64,000 nt of DNA, from NCBI GenBank assembly GCA_963674735.2, contig CAXXQS010000001.1:1312001-1376000 (forward strand), read 5' to 3'. The translations under genes and the position numbers were made by a program. Shown one piece after another: positions 30,266-40,253 of this stretch. Source of the stretch: Myxococcota bacterium (GTDB taxonomy: Bacteria; Myxococcota_A; SURF-8). The notes beneath the pieces were generated by a model, which had not been told where the DNA came from, ran no database searches, and saw only the letters and a program-made list of their open reading frames with translations. The stretch's first letter is position 1. Each line of letters starts with the position of its first letter.

Positions 30266-30791
30266 ATGTCGAGAGGCCGAACTGTACGAGAATTGGTTGC
30301 CTTTTACGAATTATCCGATCTCCGGGACTTGATCTGGGCAAGAGATATTCAGATAAAAGGCAAAGTTCCCTCGGAATTCAGAGGCCTTCGTTGTTTTGTG
30401 CCTGTCAGCAAACCTGGAAATCCTACATGAATACTGGATTAAAGGGACGCGTCGCGCCACCACGATAGATCCCAACGCCGTGTTCCGCGACCTGCTCAGC
30501 CTTGATGCCCATGCGGTGATTGTCGCACACAATCACCCGTCCGGCAACCTGTTACCCAGCCTCGACGACCACCGCCTCACGGAGCGCCTGGTGTTTTATT
30601 CGGCCATGACGGACATCGAACTTGTGGACCATATCATCGTGGCCGGTAGGCAATTCTACAGCTTCGCCGAGGCCGGGGATCTGCAAGGCATCAGGGATCG
30701 GCAACTGGTCGATGACCTGGAGTTCTATCTCCAGAGCAACCCCGGGGATTCGGCTTTGAGAGAAGAATTGAGGAAGGCGATAAAGTGCTAG
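30266..30791 (+). pseudogene. RadC-like JAB/MPN domain gene, apparently frameshifted or truncated at the 5' end
   Basis: SEAFVVLCL...HNHPSGNLLPSLDD...ELVDHIIV; in-frame TAA at 30354-30356, plausible N-terminus (ATG 30266) in another frame. Confidence 0.65.
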
Positions 30792-30884
30792 TGTTAGCTT
30801 GTGGAATTGGGTCGTATTTTATGCCGTGACACCTTAGTGATGGCTCTTTCATTTTCCCGATTCATTTTCCCTTTTTGTGGCTTA

Positions 30885-31325
30885 TCATGTCTCTTTCGCT
30901 TCAAGGATATTATTGATTTGCTCTATCAATTGCGGAATAATAAAAGGTTTTGCAATAACCTTGACCTTATCAGGATATAGAAAGTCTTTCGTTATTTCGC
31001 CGCAACTAGCATCTGCCGAACATATTATTATTGGAGTTCGGGGGTCAGCGGATTCCCAGCTAGTTTTGAATTCGCCGCGTTGAAAACTGGACATTAAAAC
31101 TAGGCCTGTCTTTTGGTAGGGACAATTAAGCGGTCCATTGGGCATCATGATATCCGTAATAACCAAATCTATTGTTTCACTACTAAGCCTCTCGATGGCC
31201 GTCTCCACATCGCTTGCCGTCATTACCTCAAACTCATTTTCGTTCAGAATTAGCATTGCCGATGTTGAAAAACAGATTTCATCATCTACTAAAAGGATCC
31301 GAGGCTTAGAGCTTTTACGTTTCAT
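30885..31325 (-). CDS. Single-domain response regulator (receiver)
   Basis: ILLVDDE, DLVITDIMMP, CSA, KPF. Confidence 0.85.
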   Translation of the reverse strand: MKRKSSKPRILLVDDEICFSTSAMLILNENEFEVMTASDVETAIERLSSETIDLVITDIMMPNGPLNCPYQKTGLVLMSSFQRGEFKTSWESADPRTPIIICSADASCGEITKDFLYPDKVKVIAKPFIIPQLIEQINNILEAKET

Positions 31326-31371
31326 GGTTCTAGCCTTTCCGGTCTTTGGGCAAGCGGGGAGCTGGACTACA

Positions 31372-31797
31372 CTATCGGCCGAATGACTTTCTAATTTTCG
31401 CAGCTTTGGCTTCAAAATTATCGATTTTTGAGAGATAGCCGACATTAGAACTCGAGGTGGGCATATCGTCTTTTCTCATTACAGAGTGAAATAATACTGG
31501 AACTTCGGGATTGGTTGATTGCGCGCCAATTTTGAAATCACCCCGCCGCAAATGGGATATCAGGACTAGGCCGGTAAACATTCCATACCTGCTCTCATCC
31601 TTGCTAAACGGACCAGGCGGCATCATCACATCGGTTATAATCAAATCGATCGAATCGTTTCTCAGCCGCTCAATAGCCGTTCCCACGTCACTGGCCAATA
31701 ATATTTCGTACTCCCCAGTCATTTCCAAGTATCTAATCAGGTATATGCAGCTGCTTAACTCATCGTCTATGAAAAGGATTCGATCTTTTTGTTTCAT
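31372..31797 (-). CDS. Single-domain response regulator (receiver), paralogue of its neighbour
   Basis: ILFIDDE, DLIITDVMMP, HSV, YLSK. Confidence 0.85.
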   Translation of the reverse strand: MKQKDRILFIDDELSSCIYLIRYLEMTGEYEILLASDVGTAIERLRNDSIDLIITDVMMPPGPFSKDESRYGMFTGLVLISHLRRGDFKIGAQSTNPEVPVLFHSVMRKDDMPTSSSNVGYLSKIDNFEAKAAKIRKSFGR

Positions 31798-31801
31798 GAT
31801 G

Positions 31802-32368
31802 CTAGCATTTAATGTAGGAGGACAATTGGTTTTGGAAAAGCGTAGTGATAGCGAGCAATAGCTCTTTTTGACAATTCCACAATTCCTCACGGACCTCCGC
31901 TGCATATTGACGGATGGTGTCGTCGACATGGATATACTTATTCTTCCAGACATTCTGTTTTTCAAAATAGTCGGCGCATTCTAGCATCTTTTTCTTCGAG
32001 CGATGCAGGATGATCCTTTGCGGCTCGGGAAGATCGGCGTGGCACACGTCATAATGGCACTTCAATTCCTCGGACGATTCGGTTAGCTCCTTTTTTAGAG
32101 GGTCGGATAGGTGCGAACCTTCCATGGCGTTCGTGATCTTCAACAGCAGTTCACGGCACTTTTGTATACCGGTGCAGCCCTGGTGCAGACCTTCATGCGC
32201 CTTCTTAAACTCTTCGATTTGAAGGGGAAGAAGAAGCTCGAATTTCTTCAGTTCGTCCTCTTGCCGCAGTTTGATCTTGTCGCGCCGCCAAAACAACAAG
32301 GCGGTTAAGAGAGAAATGCACAGCGACGTGATGGAGGTGATCAGCGCCACCAAGACAGTATCGTTCAT
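31802..32368 (-). CDS. Hypothetical protein with N-terminal TM helix and helical domain
   Basis: MNDTVLVALITSITSLCISLLTALLFW followed by a charged helical region. Confidence 0.7.
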   Translation of the reverse strand: MNDTVLVALITSITSLCISLLTALLFWRRDKIKLRQEDELKKFELLLPLQIEEFKKAHEGLHQGCTGIQKCRELLLKITNAMEGSHLSDPLKKELTESSEELKCHYDVCHADLPEPQRIILHRSKKKMLECADYFEKQNVWKNKYIHVDDTIRQYAAEVREELWNCQKELLLAITTLFQNQLSSYIKC

Positions 32369-32568
32369 GCCAAGCTCTCTTTCAGTGAGGCTTCGTACGC
32401 CGGAATTGTACCATACAGCCTTTTCAAACATATTGTTTTATGTTGCTGCCGTACATTAGGTGAACGAGTGCTTCTTCATGTATAAATGTATAATGCAACT
32501 CGAAGGTTTGGTCAAGCCAAGCCTAGCGTGCTCAGGCATTTTTGAGATGAGTTCTAACTATTATTTTC

Positions 32569-33250
32569 TCATTTAACAAGCAAAGACCATCGACTTCCGT
32601 TTAGTATTTTTTCTCTTTCTACAATATCATCAATAAACATTGGTCCAATGTGTTTTAGCAGACCTAAAATTGATAAAATAGCAACTAATTCGAGAGGACA
32701 GCCCAAATAGTAACTGATGCTAATAGTAAATGAATTTCTAATCATCTTACTTGTAGCTCTGTATGTTTTTGAAATAGTATCCAGTCTTTGGTTTTTCAAA
32801 GACGCCTTTAAATTAAGTATGGCAGGATCAACATCTCGAGAAATAATACTTTGTACCTGCTCCCAAACATCTAAAATATTCTTTGAAACCTCAATTTTCG
32901 CCACTGCTTCCGCAACACCAACCTTAAACGCCTCTAATTCATCTTTCCTTTTTCTTCGAAGCTCAATTATTTCATCGAATTCATAATTATCTAATGTCGG
33001 CAAGTGTCTGTTAAGGATTTCTTGAGCGACAATATTCTCATTCATCATTGTGGTATCAATGATACAGTCACTTGTTTCTTCGTTCCTGCTTTTTAGCAAT
33101 TTACGGACTAGCAATATCGTTGACAAATGGGCTTTTTGAAACATTGGAGACCATGTACAAAGGCTAATTCCATATTTCTCTGCAACATACAACAATGATA
33201 ACATATAATTCGCATAGTTTGCGGGTGACATCAACATCATGATAAGTCGT
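32569..33250 (-). pseudogene. 5'-truncated low-GC gene, DUF6236-like from recollection of the motif
   Basis: FDEIIELRRKRKDELEAFK; the reading frame runs into the REP doublet, so the listed N-terminus derives from the repeat. Confidence 0.5.
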
Positions 33251-33323
33251 GTAGGTCGGACAGATTTTCTGTCCGACACAAAGGGAGATTGAAATTGTCG
33301 GACAAAGAATTTGTCCGACCTAC
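33251..33323. repeat. GTAG-family REP doublet (REPIN/BIME-like)
   Basis: GTAG-gtcggacaga-ttt-tctgtccgac ... gtcggacaaa-gaa-tttgtccgac-CTAC: two palindromes in inverted orientation. Confidence 0.8.
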
Positions 33324-33379
33324 GAAACTATTGGAGTGAATGGCAAAACAATATGCCAAACAAGGGGTGGTCTGGAACC

Positions 33380-33558
33380 CTACCTCCCAACCTGCACATG
33401 AATATGATCATCATGCCGGGCGGCTTTGCAGCCTTGGAAGCGGATCTTGTCCAATGTCAGTCCCATCCGCGCTTCAGGTGTGGCTCGATAAGGACCTTCT
33501 GGACTTTGGGATCCCCGACCAGCTGCCGGATCAGGAAGGACGTCCGTTCCGGGTCCAT
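33380..33558 (-). pseudogene. Frameshifted 3' gene fragment ending RFQGCKAARHDDHIHVQ (HxH metallopeptidase-like)
   Basis: MDPERTSFLIRQLVGDPKVQKVLIEPHLK, then a 1-nt deletion near 33468, then RMGLTLDKIRFQGCKAARHDDHIHVQVGR*. Confidence 0.6.
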
Positions 33559-33646
33559 TTCAACAGATTCATACAAAGGGTGTATCTATCCTGACATGTC
33601 TCTGAGATCTGTTTTTCTCTCTGAAAAATACTGAACCTCGCAAATC

Positions 33647-33726
33647 TGCCCCGATTTGCCCCGGAACCCCTCTCCCACAACGCAAAACAGGCACCTACGA
33701 ATGAACGTAAGTGCCTGATTTTATTA
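33647..33726. other. att-like arm repeats and hairpin at the tRNA 3' flank
   Basis: tgccccg-att-tgccccg direct repeat; caggcac...gtgcctg stem 33688-33717 with IHF-like taagtgcctgatt. Confidence 0.55.
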
Positions 33727-33813
33727 TGGTGCCGAAGGCGAGACTCGAACTCGCACATCCTTACGGACACTAGACCCTGAACCTAGCGCGTCTACCAATT
33801 CCGCCACTCCGGC
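33727..33813 (-). tRNA. tRNA-Leu (anticodon CAG), 87 nt, CCA encoded
   Basis: GCCGGAGTGGCGGAATTGGTAGACGCGCTAGGTTCAGGGTCTAGTGTCCGTAAGGATGTGCGAGTTCGAGTCTCGCCTTCGGCACCA; long variable arm. Confidence 0.98.
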
Positions 33814-34103
33814 AATCTCATCTGCAAAGAACGACGCTCTGTCGTTGCGGTCGATATAGCTATCACACCGCCTGCGGACTTGGCAAGAAAAAAATTCTAA
33901 AAGTTGTGCCATGCACGACCGGATAACGAGCTTGATTTCAAAAGCACAACCCAAATCGGGACTCGGGTGCGGGTGGTATGGGTAGCCGACGAATCGCCAA
34001 TCCTGACGATCCTGGCGAAAGTCCAGATTTCCCTTTAATAATCCGCATGTTTTGTATTAGTATACCATAAGAACATCTGTTTAATTCGGAAAAGGGTAGT
34101 TCG

Positions 34104-35849
34104 ATGAGACGGAACAAGAGCCTGTTTGTTTGGGCGTGCATCGCATCGATGTGTTTTTGCTTGTTGTCGGCGTGTAACGAGTCGGAATCCGACGAAGTGG
34201 CGGAACGCTGCACGCAAGATACGGATTGTGCGACCGGTGAGACGTGTCTGGGCGGTTTATGCCAGACTCAGAGCGGAACCGAACCGGAATGCATCGCGGA
34301 TTTGGACTGCCCGGTCGGAAAGCTGTGCAATACGTCAACGGGGCTTTGCGTCGACCTGGAAGATGTCGTTCCGGATGAGCCGGACTGCCCGGAAGCCGAG
34401 CAATGCACCGGCGTGGACGACTGCACGAACAAAGGCTATGTCGGGTATCTTTGCGTCTTGGGTTGCTGCGTCGATCCCAATGCCGATGGCGATGATCCCG
34501 ACGGCGACAACCCCGATGGTGACAATCCCGATGGCGATCAACCCGCAGACTGTACGACCACCGGCTGTGACGACAATTACGAGTGCAACAGCGAAACCGG
34601 CCGCTGCGACCCGTCGGACGATCATTGCGCGGTGGCGGGCTGTCCGCTGAAATTCAGTTGCGATGAAGTCACGGGGGAATGCTCGCCGGCCGCCGACCAT
34701 TGCAGTAACGTCGGGTGTGACGAGCTGTTCGATTGCAATACGGAAACCGGCGTATGTGAACCCTCGGTTGAGAACTGCACCCAGGCGGGGTGTCCGAATT
34801 TATTCACCTGCAATCCCGATACGGGCCGCTGCGATCCCGGCGCCGAGCATTGCTCGACCACTCTCGAATGCCAGGCTCCTTACGTTTGCAACGAACAAAG
34901 CGGTCTGTGCGAGGCGGGGCCGGATCACTGCTCGGTAACCCCGTGCAGCAGCTATTTCGATTGCAACGCCGAAAGCGGCTTGTGCGAACCGAACGCCACC
35001 CACTGCGACACGGTCGGCTGTGACAACCACTACACGTGCAATCAAGCAACCGGGGAATGCGACGCCGACGCCTCTCATTGTTCGAATGCCGGTTGCGACG
35101 AGTTGTTCGCCTGCAACCAGAGCAGCGGTGATTGCGAACCGGGGCCGGGGCACTGCTCCTTCGACGGCTGCAGCTACAGCTATCTCTGCAACGCCTCGAC
35201 CGGCACCTGCGCTCCCGATCCGTCTTCCTGCGGTGGCAGTTGCGACGGACGCCCCGATCAATTCTGCATCAATGACGGTCCCTTCCTGTGCGAGTGCAAA
35301 AGCGACTATCTCTACATCACCGATTGCGAGCAGGATTGCTACGACGAGGGTTATCCCTTCTTCGATAGCTGCAGCTACTACACCGACTCCGATACTCCGA
35401 GCAACAGCGGTTATCGCTGCGATTGCGATAACTACGCGTCGTCCGATGGCACCTGCGCAAGCCCGATCGACATCGAGGAGTTTCCCTACAAACACTATTG
35501 GGACGTTATTTTCGCCGCGAATGCCTTGGGGTATGGCGGCTGCACTCCGGCTGCGGGCTCCTACAATCCATCGGGAGATGGCGGGGAGCACGTCTATCGC
35601 TTCGAAGCCGAGGCGGGGGATGTGATCTCGATCGGTATCGTCAACGAGATGCCGTTTTTTGGAGACCCGTTTGCCACCGTGCGGGACACCTGCGGCAACA
35701 ACTTCACCTTCTGTACGATCGGAAACAGCTCCGGAACTTTGGGCAACGACAGTTTCACCGTCAGCATCCCGTCGGACGGAACGTATTATCTGACCGTCGA
35801 AAACACGAACGCCCTCGGAGTGTATACGCTGAATGTCAGCAAGAACTGA
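34104..35849 (+). CDS. Cys-rich lipoprotein with nine ~25-aa four-Cys repeats and C-terminal PPC-like domain
   Basis: LSAC lipobox, PDGD linker, repeats like DHCSNVGCDELFDCNTETGVCEPSV, GTYYLTVE. Confidence 0.85.
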   Translation: MRRNKSLFVWACIASMCFCLLSACNESESDEVAERCTQDTDCATGETCLGGLCQTQSGTEPECIADLDCPVGKLCNTSTGLCVDLEDVVPDEPDCPEAEQCTGVDDCTNKGYVGYLCVLGCCVDPNADGDDPDGDNPDGDNPDGDQPADCTTTGCDDNYECNSETGRCDPSDDHCAVAGCPLKFSCDEVTGECSPAADHCSNVGCDELFDCNTETGVCEPSVENCTQAGCPNLFTCNPDTGRCDPGAEHCSTTLECQAPYVCNEQSGLCEAGPDHCSVTPCSSYFDCNAESGLCEPNATHCDTVGCDNHYTCNQATGECDADASHCSNAGCDELFACNQSSGDCEPGPGHCSFDGCSYSYLCNASTGTCAPDPSSCGGSCDGRPDQFCINDGPFLCECKSDYLYITDCEQDCYDEGYPFFDSCSYYTDSDTPSNSGYRCDCDNYASSDGTCASPIDIEEFPYKHYWDVIFAANALGYGGCTPAAGSYNPSGDGGEHVYRFEAEAGDVISIGIVNEMPFFGDPFATVRDTCGNNFTFCTIGNSSGTLGNDSFTVSIPSDGTYYLTVENTNALGVYTLNVSKN

Positions 35850-35865
35850 TCGAGAGAGTGAATCG

Positions 35866-38367
35866 CTACTTTTCGTTCACGGTTCTCCACAACTCAAAGC
35901 CGTTTTGGTCGGCCGTGTAGAGGTGACGGTAGATGCCGTAAGCCTTTAAAACCCGGCGAGTGTAGCGGCGGGTTTCCGTGTACGGGATTTCCTCCACAAA
36001 CACATCCATGGGAATGTCTCCCAGTTCGTTGCGCCAGCGGTTGACCGCTCCGGGCCCGGCGTTGTAGGACGAAATCGCCAAGGCGTGATTGCCGTTGAAA
36101 CGTTTGATCAAATCGCTCAAATGATGGCTGCCGAAGCGAATCGCGGTGTCCGGTTCGGTCAGGTCGTCCAACTTGAAGTGTTTGACGCCGAGTTGTCGGG
36201 CAATGGCGCGACCGGTGGAGCGGATGATCTGTGTGAGGCCGACGGCATTGGCGAATGAGCGGATCTCCGCATGAAAACTCGATTCTTCGCGCATCAGGGC
36301 GAAAAGCAGCATCGGATCCAGACCGACTTCCTTGCAGCGCGTGAGAACTTCTTCGCGGTAAGGCGTCGGATAGGCCAGCCGCCATTGGCTGCGATGGGTG
36401 ACCCCCGGATAAACCTTCGTGTAACTGTTGAAAGTCGTGCGCGATAGCTGCACCGTTCGGTAGATGTCCCCCGCCAGGGTATACAGGTAAGCCAGGAAGG
36501 CTCCGATTTCATCGCGTTCCGGAAAGGCTTTCTGCAAGGCGGAAAACTCGCGCCGGGCTTCCTTTTTGCGTCCCAAGGCCAGCCACTCCATGCCTTTGGC
36601 AAAATGCGGATTCCGGGCAAGGGGCGTAATGTCTTGGTTGAGATCGTGAGATAGGGCGAAACCGGTAAGATCGGCTTTTTGACTGAAAACGCCGGGCAGG
36701 GGAGCGCCGATTTCCTGCAAACGCTGTCCGGCCAGGATCGAGTAATAACTGAGTGGATAATCGGTGACGAGGGACAGCCAGATACGAGCCGCATCGGTTT
36801 TCTTGTTGCGAAGCAGGGCGATCCGTCCCAACCAATAGAGCCCGCGTTCGCGCTCGAAACGGCTGACATCGTTAAGGGCCAACTTCGAGAAATAGGCCTT
36901 CGCCGACGAGAATTGACCCTCGCGAAAATGCAGCCATCCCACGTACCATTGTGCATCGAGGGCGTGGCGGCAATCGGGATGGCGACGCGCCAATTCGGCG
37001 AAAACGGCCCGAGCCTGCCCGGTTTCGTCTATTTTTTTGTAGGCCTTTCCCATCAAATAGCGGGTGTGGCAGGCCTTTTCATGATTGGGGAAACGCTCCA
37101 AAAACTCGTGTCCGAGACGAAGCGTGTCGGACACCTCGCTTTTACGTAAATGCGCATCCAAGCGTTCGTACAAGGCCTCTCCCAGCGGACCGTCATCCAG
37201 GCGCGTCTGGTTTACCCGGCGATAAGTGGCGATGGCATCGGTGTAGCGCCGTCGGGAAAACTGAGCCCGGGCCAGAGCCAACAGGGCTTGCCCCTTCAAC
37301 TCGGTGATGTCGTTTCGCGGGAAGAGCGGCATCACCTGCTCCACCCAGCGTTGGGCCTTGCGATATTCGTAACGGCGCATGAACCAGCTCGCCTGAGCAA
37401 CGGCCACTTCGATTTTTTCAGGCCACCGCAGCGGCGTCAGCCCAAACGACGCCAGCCGGTCCCGCGCGACTTTGCTGAACCCGATATCGGGTTCGCTTTT
37501 CATGACATCCAGCAGCAATTCGCGCGCCAGATCGCGGCGGTAACGCAAAATCAGCCCAGCCAGCTCCAGTTTGACTTGCGGAATCCGCCAATGATTCGGA
37601 TTGCGAACCAAAAGCTTTTCCAACTCTTCCCGCGCAACCGGATCCTTCAAGCGGACGAGGCAAAAAGCCAAACGAAATCGAGCTTGTAGATGCAAACGGC
37701 TGTCGGCCGGGATGGCGGCGAAACGCGACCGCGCCTCCGGCCAGTCGCCCATCTGAAATGCGGTTTCACCGAGATAATATTGCAGGTAGTCGTCGATCAG
37801 CGGGTAAGCTCCATCCAGCTTGAGGAAGAGCTCACGAGCTTTTTCGGGCTCATTGTTGTCGAAATATTCAAGCGCCAGCAACAACGTTAACCGCTTCACT
37901 TGCCAGGGGTCTTTTTCGATGCTGATCAAGGTATCCAGTGCGGCCCGACAATCTTCAGGTGTGCTTGTTTCGTCATCGTGGCAGGCATCGGTGAGAACGG
38001 CATATTGAGACGAAGCAAAATAGTCGGCTGGGTTAATCTGAGCGATGGTGATTCTCGGAGAGCTTTCGCCTCCGAAAGGCGTGGAATACACGGGGGTGAT
38101 AAACGCACTACAGGAGGCGGAAATCAACAACAACGTCAAAGCGATGATTCGTAACACTGGACGCCTCTGCGGCTCGCGGAGTTTTGTATCGTTTCGACCG
38201 TGCAATTGTCCTTCCCATTCCGGACCACGGCTCACTCTTTCTATCGGATTTGGCCGATCAATGCAAGGAACGACGGGCAAGGAAGTTGAAATCGGTCGTT
38301 TGGGGAGAATTAGTCCGTAAAAATCATGTGACACGTATCGTTGGATGGTATAATCTAAAAGCCACAA
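35866..38367 (-). CDS. Slt70-like lytic transglycosylase with TPR scaffold
   Basis: ALMREESSF, AVGLTQII, SYNAGPG, EEIPYTETRRY; true start likely near 38155. Confidence 0.92.
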   Translation of the reverse strand: MWLLDYTIQRYVSHDFYGLILPKRPISTSLPVVPCIDRPNPIERVSRGPEWEGQLHGRNDTKLREPQRRPVLRIIALTLLLISASCSAFITPVYSTPFGGESSPRITIAQINPADYFASSQYAVLTDACHDDETSTPEDCRAALDTLISIEKDPWQVKRLTLLLALEYFDNNEPEKARELFLKLDGAYPLIDDYLQYYLGETAFQMGDWPEARSRFAAIPADSRLHLQARFRLAFCLVRLKDPVAREELEKLLVRNPNHWRIPQVKLELAGLILRYRRDLARELLLDVMKSEPDIGFSKVARDRLASFGLTPLRWPEKIEVAVAQASWFMRRYEYRKAQRWVEQVMPLFPRNDITELKGQALLALARAQFSRRRYTDAIATYRRVNQTRLDDGPLGEALYERLDAHLRKSEVSDTLRLGHEFLERFPNHEKACHTRYLMGKAYKKIDETGQARAVFAELARRHPDCRHALDAQWYVGWLHFREGQFSSAKAYFSKLALNDVSRFERERGLYWLGRIALLRNKKTDAARIWLSLVTDYPLSYYSILAGQRLQEIGAPLPGVFSQKADLTGFALSHDLNQDITPLARNPHFAKGMEWLALGRKKEARREFSALQKAFPERDEIGAFLAYLYTLAGDIYRTVQLSRTTFNSYTKVYPGVTHRSQWRLAYPTPYREEVLTRCKEVGLDPMLLFALMREESSFHAEIRSFANAVGLTQIIRSTGRAIARQLGVKHFKLDDLTEPDTAIRFGSHHLSDLIKRFNGNHALAISSYNAGPGAVNRWRNELGDIPMDVFVEEIPYTETRRYTRRVLKAYGIYRHLYTADQNGFELWRTVNEK

Positions 38368-38390
38368 CTAAGCTAAATGAGAAGGTCGCC

Positions 38391-38873
38391 ATGCGTGAGG
38401 TTAAACGAATTCTGGTTGGTATCGATTACTCGGAGTATTCCCGAGAAGCCGCCCGTTACGCCTTATACTTGGCCGAGCATCTAAAGGCCGATGTGGATTT
38501 TCTGCATATTTGCGATCTTCCGGCCTATGTCGGTTCCGGCTACGGTCCTTATCAGTTGGCGCCGGTGAAAAATTACATCAACAAGCAGAAAGAGCTCGAA
38601 TCCGCCAGCTTGGATGAAATGAAGCGATTTATCGGCGAATTCGATCATGGCAAAGTCACCGTCAACTATCATGTGACCAGCGGGAATGCGCCGGCTGAGG
38701 TCATTCGCTTCGCGGAAGAATTAAAGGTTGATCTGATCGTGGTCGGGACACACGGCAGGGCTGGTTTGTCGCAGCTTCTGCTCGGCTCGGTTGCCGAAAA
38801 GGTGGTCCGCAAGGCAAGACGTCCCGTGTTGACCGTCAAACTGACCAACCAGGATTTTATCATAACGGGGTGA
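38391..38873 (+). CDS. Universal stress protein
   Basis: ILVGIDYS, DLIVVGTHGRAG..LLGSVAEKVVR..PVLTV. Confidence 0.93.
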   Translation: MREVKRILVGIDYSEYSREAARYALYLAEHLKADVDFLHICDLPAYVGSGYGPYQLAPVKNYINKQKELESASLDEMKRFIGEFDHGKVTVNYHVTSGNAPAEVIRFAEELKVDLIVVGTHGRAGLSQLLLGSVAEKVVRKARRPVLTVKLTNQDFIITG

Positions 38874-40249
38874 GTTCAAGCGTGGCCAGACGGTTGTCAG
38901 TCTCGGCGGTTTGGGGGATCGTCTGTATGATTTTCATGTCGGGCGTCGGCTCGGCTGTGGAGGTCGAGTTGTGGCCGGAGACGATCTTTCAGCTTCAGCA
39001 GTATCGGGATGTCGAGCAATTGAAAATCGATAGAACCCGTTTTACCCAATATCTCACGCTCAATTTGTTCGAATCGGTCGAAGAACCCAGACACCTATTC
39101 TTTTCGTCCCTGAGAGTCGATCTGGAGATGGGACGCGACAATTCCCCGGATGCCTCGCTTTTACCCTCACAATACCAACATATCGCGCTGCTCTATGCTT
39201 ATTACGAGTGGCGGCGAATCGGCGACATGGTGGATTTGACGATCGGTCGCCAGGTTTTAAACGATGAACTCGGCATCTACCCCATGGACGGCGTTCGCGC
39301 GGTTTTCTACCGCAACTGGCACGTCGGGGTAGATATTTACAGCGGTTTGGAGATCAAGGGTGCACTTAGCGCCGGAGATCGCGGACTGGATTTGCCGAAT
39401 TCCGATACCCACGAGCCGGATGGCTTGATCGACGACGATCACATGACCGGCGTCTTCGGTGCATCCGTCTTTTTGGACGGCTTTCAGGATACACAGGCCA
39501 AGGTTCAGTTCCGCCAGCGGTACTCCGGTGCGACGGACGGCCAGGATCTTTCGCTTTTCATTCGGCAGCAGCTTTTCGATATCTGGGAAATCTACACCGT
39601 CGACAGCTTCAGCCTCCTTCTGACACGCTTCGAGCAGGTTCAGTTGGGTACGACCGTGGATCTGGACTGGATCGCCATCAATCTCGAACACGCCAGTTGG
39701 ACGCCGACTTTCGACGGCGATTCGATCTTCAATTTATTCGCGGCTTATAGCGAGAAAAGCCTGTCCGCCAACGTCTATCTGGCTCCGGACGATAAAACGA
39801 CCATCAATTTGGGTTACAGCCGCCAGACTCAAAACGGAGATGGTGCGTTCTTCGATTCCTGGGGAAACGAGGGAAATGCGTCGGATTTCGTCGATGTTTC
39901 CATCGGACGTTCGATCGGAGAAATCGCCGATGTGCGCGCCTCCTACGATTTCAATCGCGGCTGGGGAGGCGATTACCATCGCATGGCGTTGGGCGGTGGC
40001 GTCTTTCTCTGGCAGCGGCGCGTCCGCCTCGATGCGGATTGGACCGGGACTTTTTTCGAAAAGCTGACCTACAACGATCTGCTGACCGGCATCACCAACG
40101 AAGGACTCTCCTGGGGAGTCTCCGGCAAATCGACGTTTCGCGTGTACAAAGAACTTTCCCTGGCGTTGCAGGGCGATGTTTACTCGAATCGTTTCATCGA
40201 AAGGCAGTTCGCATTGTATATGCGCCTCGAGGTTAGATTGTGGAGATAA
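38870..40249 (+). CDS. Outer-membrane beta-barrel protein (putative porin of a porin-cytochrome complex)
   Basis: Signal peptide; LLYAYYEW, DLTIGRQ, MDGVRA; alternating amphipathic strands; aromatic C-terminus; GTGA overlap with usp. Confidence 0.75.
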   Translation: MSSSVARRLSVSAVWGIVCMIFMSGVGSAVEVELWPETIFQLQQYRDVEQLKIDRTRFTQYLTLNLFESVEEPRHLFFSSLRVDLEMGRDNSPDASLLPSQYQHIALLYAYYEWRRIGDMVDLTIGRQVLNDELGIYPMDGVRAVFYRNWHVGVDIYSGLEIKGALSAGDRGLDLPNSDTHEPDGLIDDDHMTGVFGASVFLDGFQDTQAKVQFRQRYSGATDGQDLSLFIRQQLFDIWEIYTVDSFSLLLTRFEQVQLGTTVDLDWIAINLEHASWTPTFDGDSIFNLFAAYSEKSLSANVYLAPDDKTTINLGYSRQTQNGDGAFFDSWGNEGNASDFVDVSIGRSIGEIADVRASYDFNRGWGGDYHRMALGGGVFLWQRRVRLDADWTGTFFEKLTYNDLLTGITNEGLSWGVSGKSTFRVYKELSLALQGDVYSNRFIERQFALYMRLEVRLWR

Positions 40250-40253
40250 ACGA

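Larger units (their letters stand above)
30266..33726. mobile_element. Degenerate genomic islet at the tRNA-Leu 3' end
   Basis: Visibly AT-rich segments, RadC remnant, orphan receivers, truncated genes and att-like sequence next to the tRNA; no integrase or duplicated tRNA end seen. Confidence 0.65.

Noticed and set aside
32470-32560. dif/pdif or attC-like sequence in the islet
   Set aside because: The XerD arm match is poor and there are no paired attC boxes
33895-33912. Sigma54 promoter TGGCAC on the minus strand upstream of the tRNA
   Set aside because: The -12 element reads TTAG rather than TTGC
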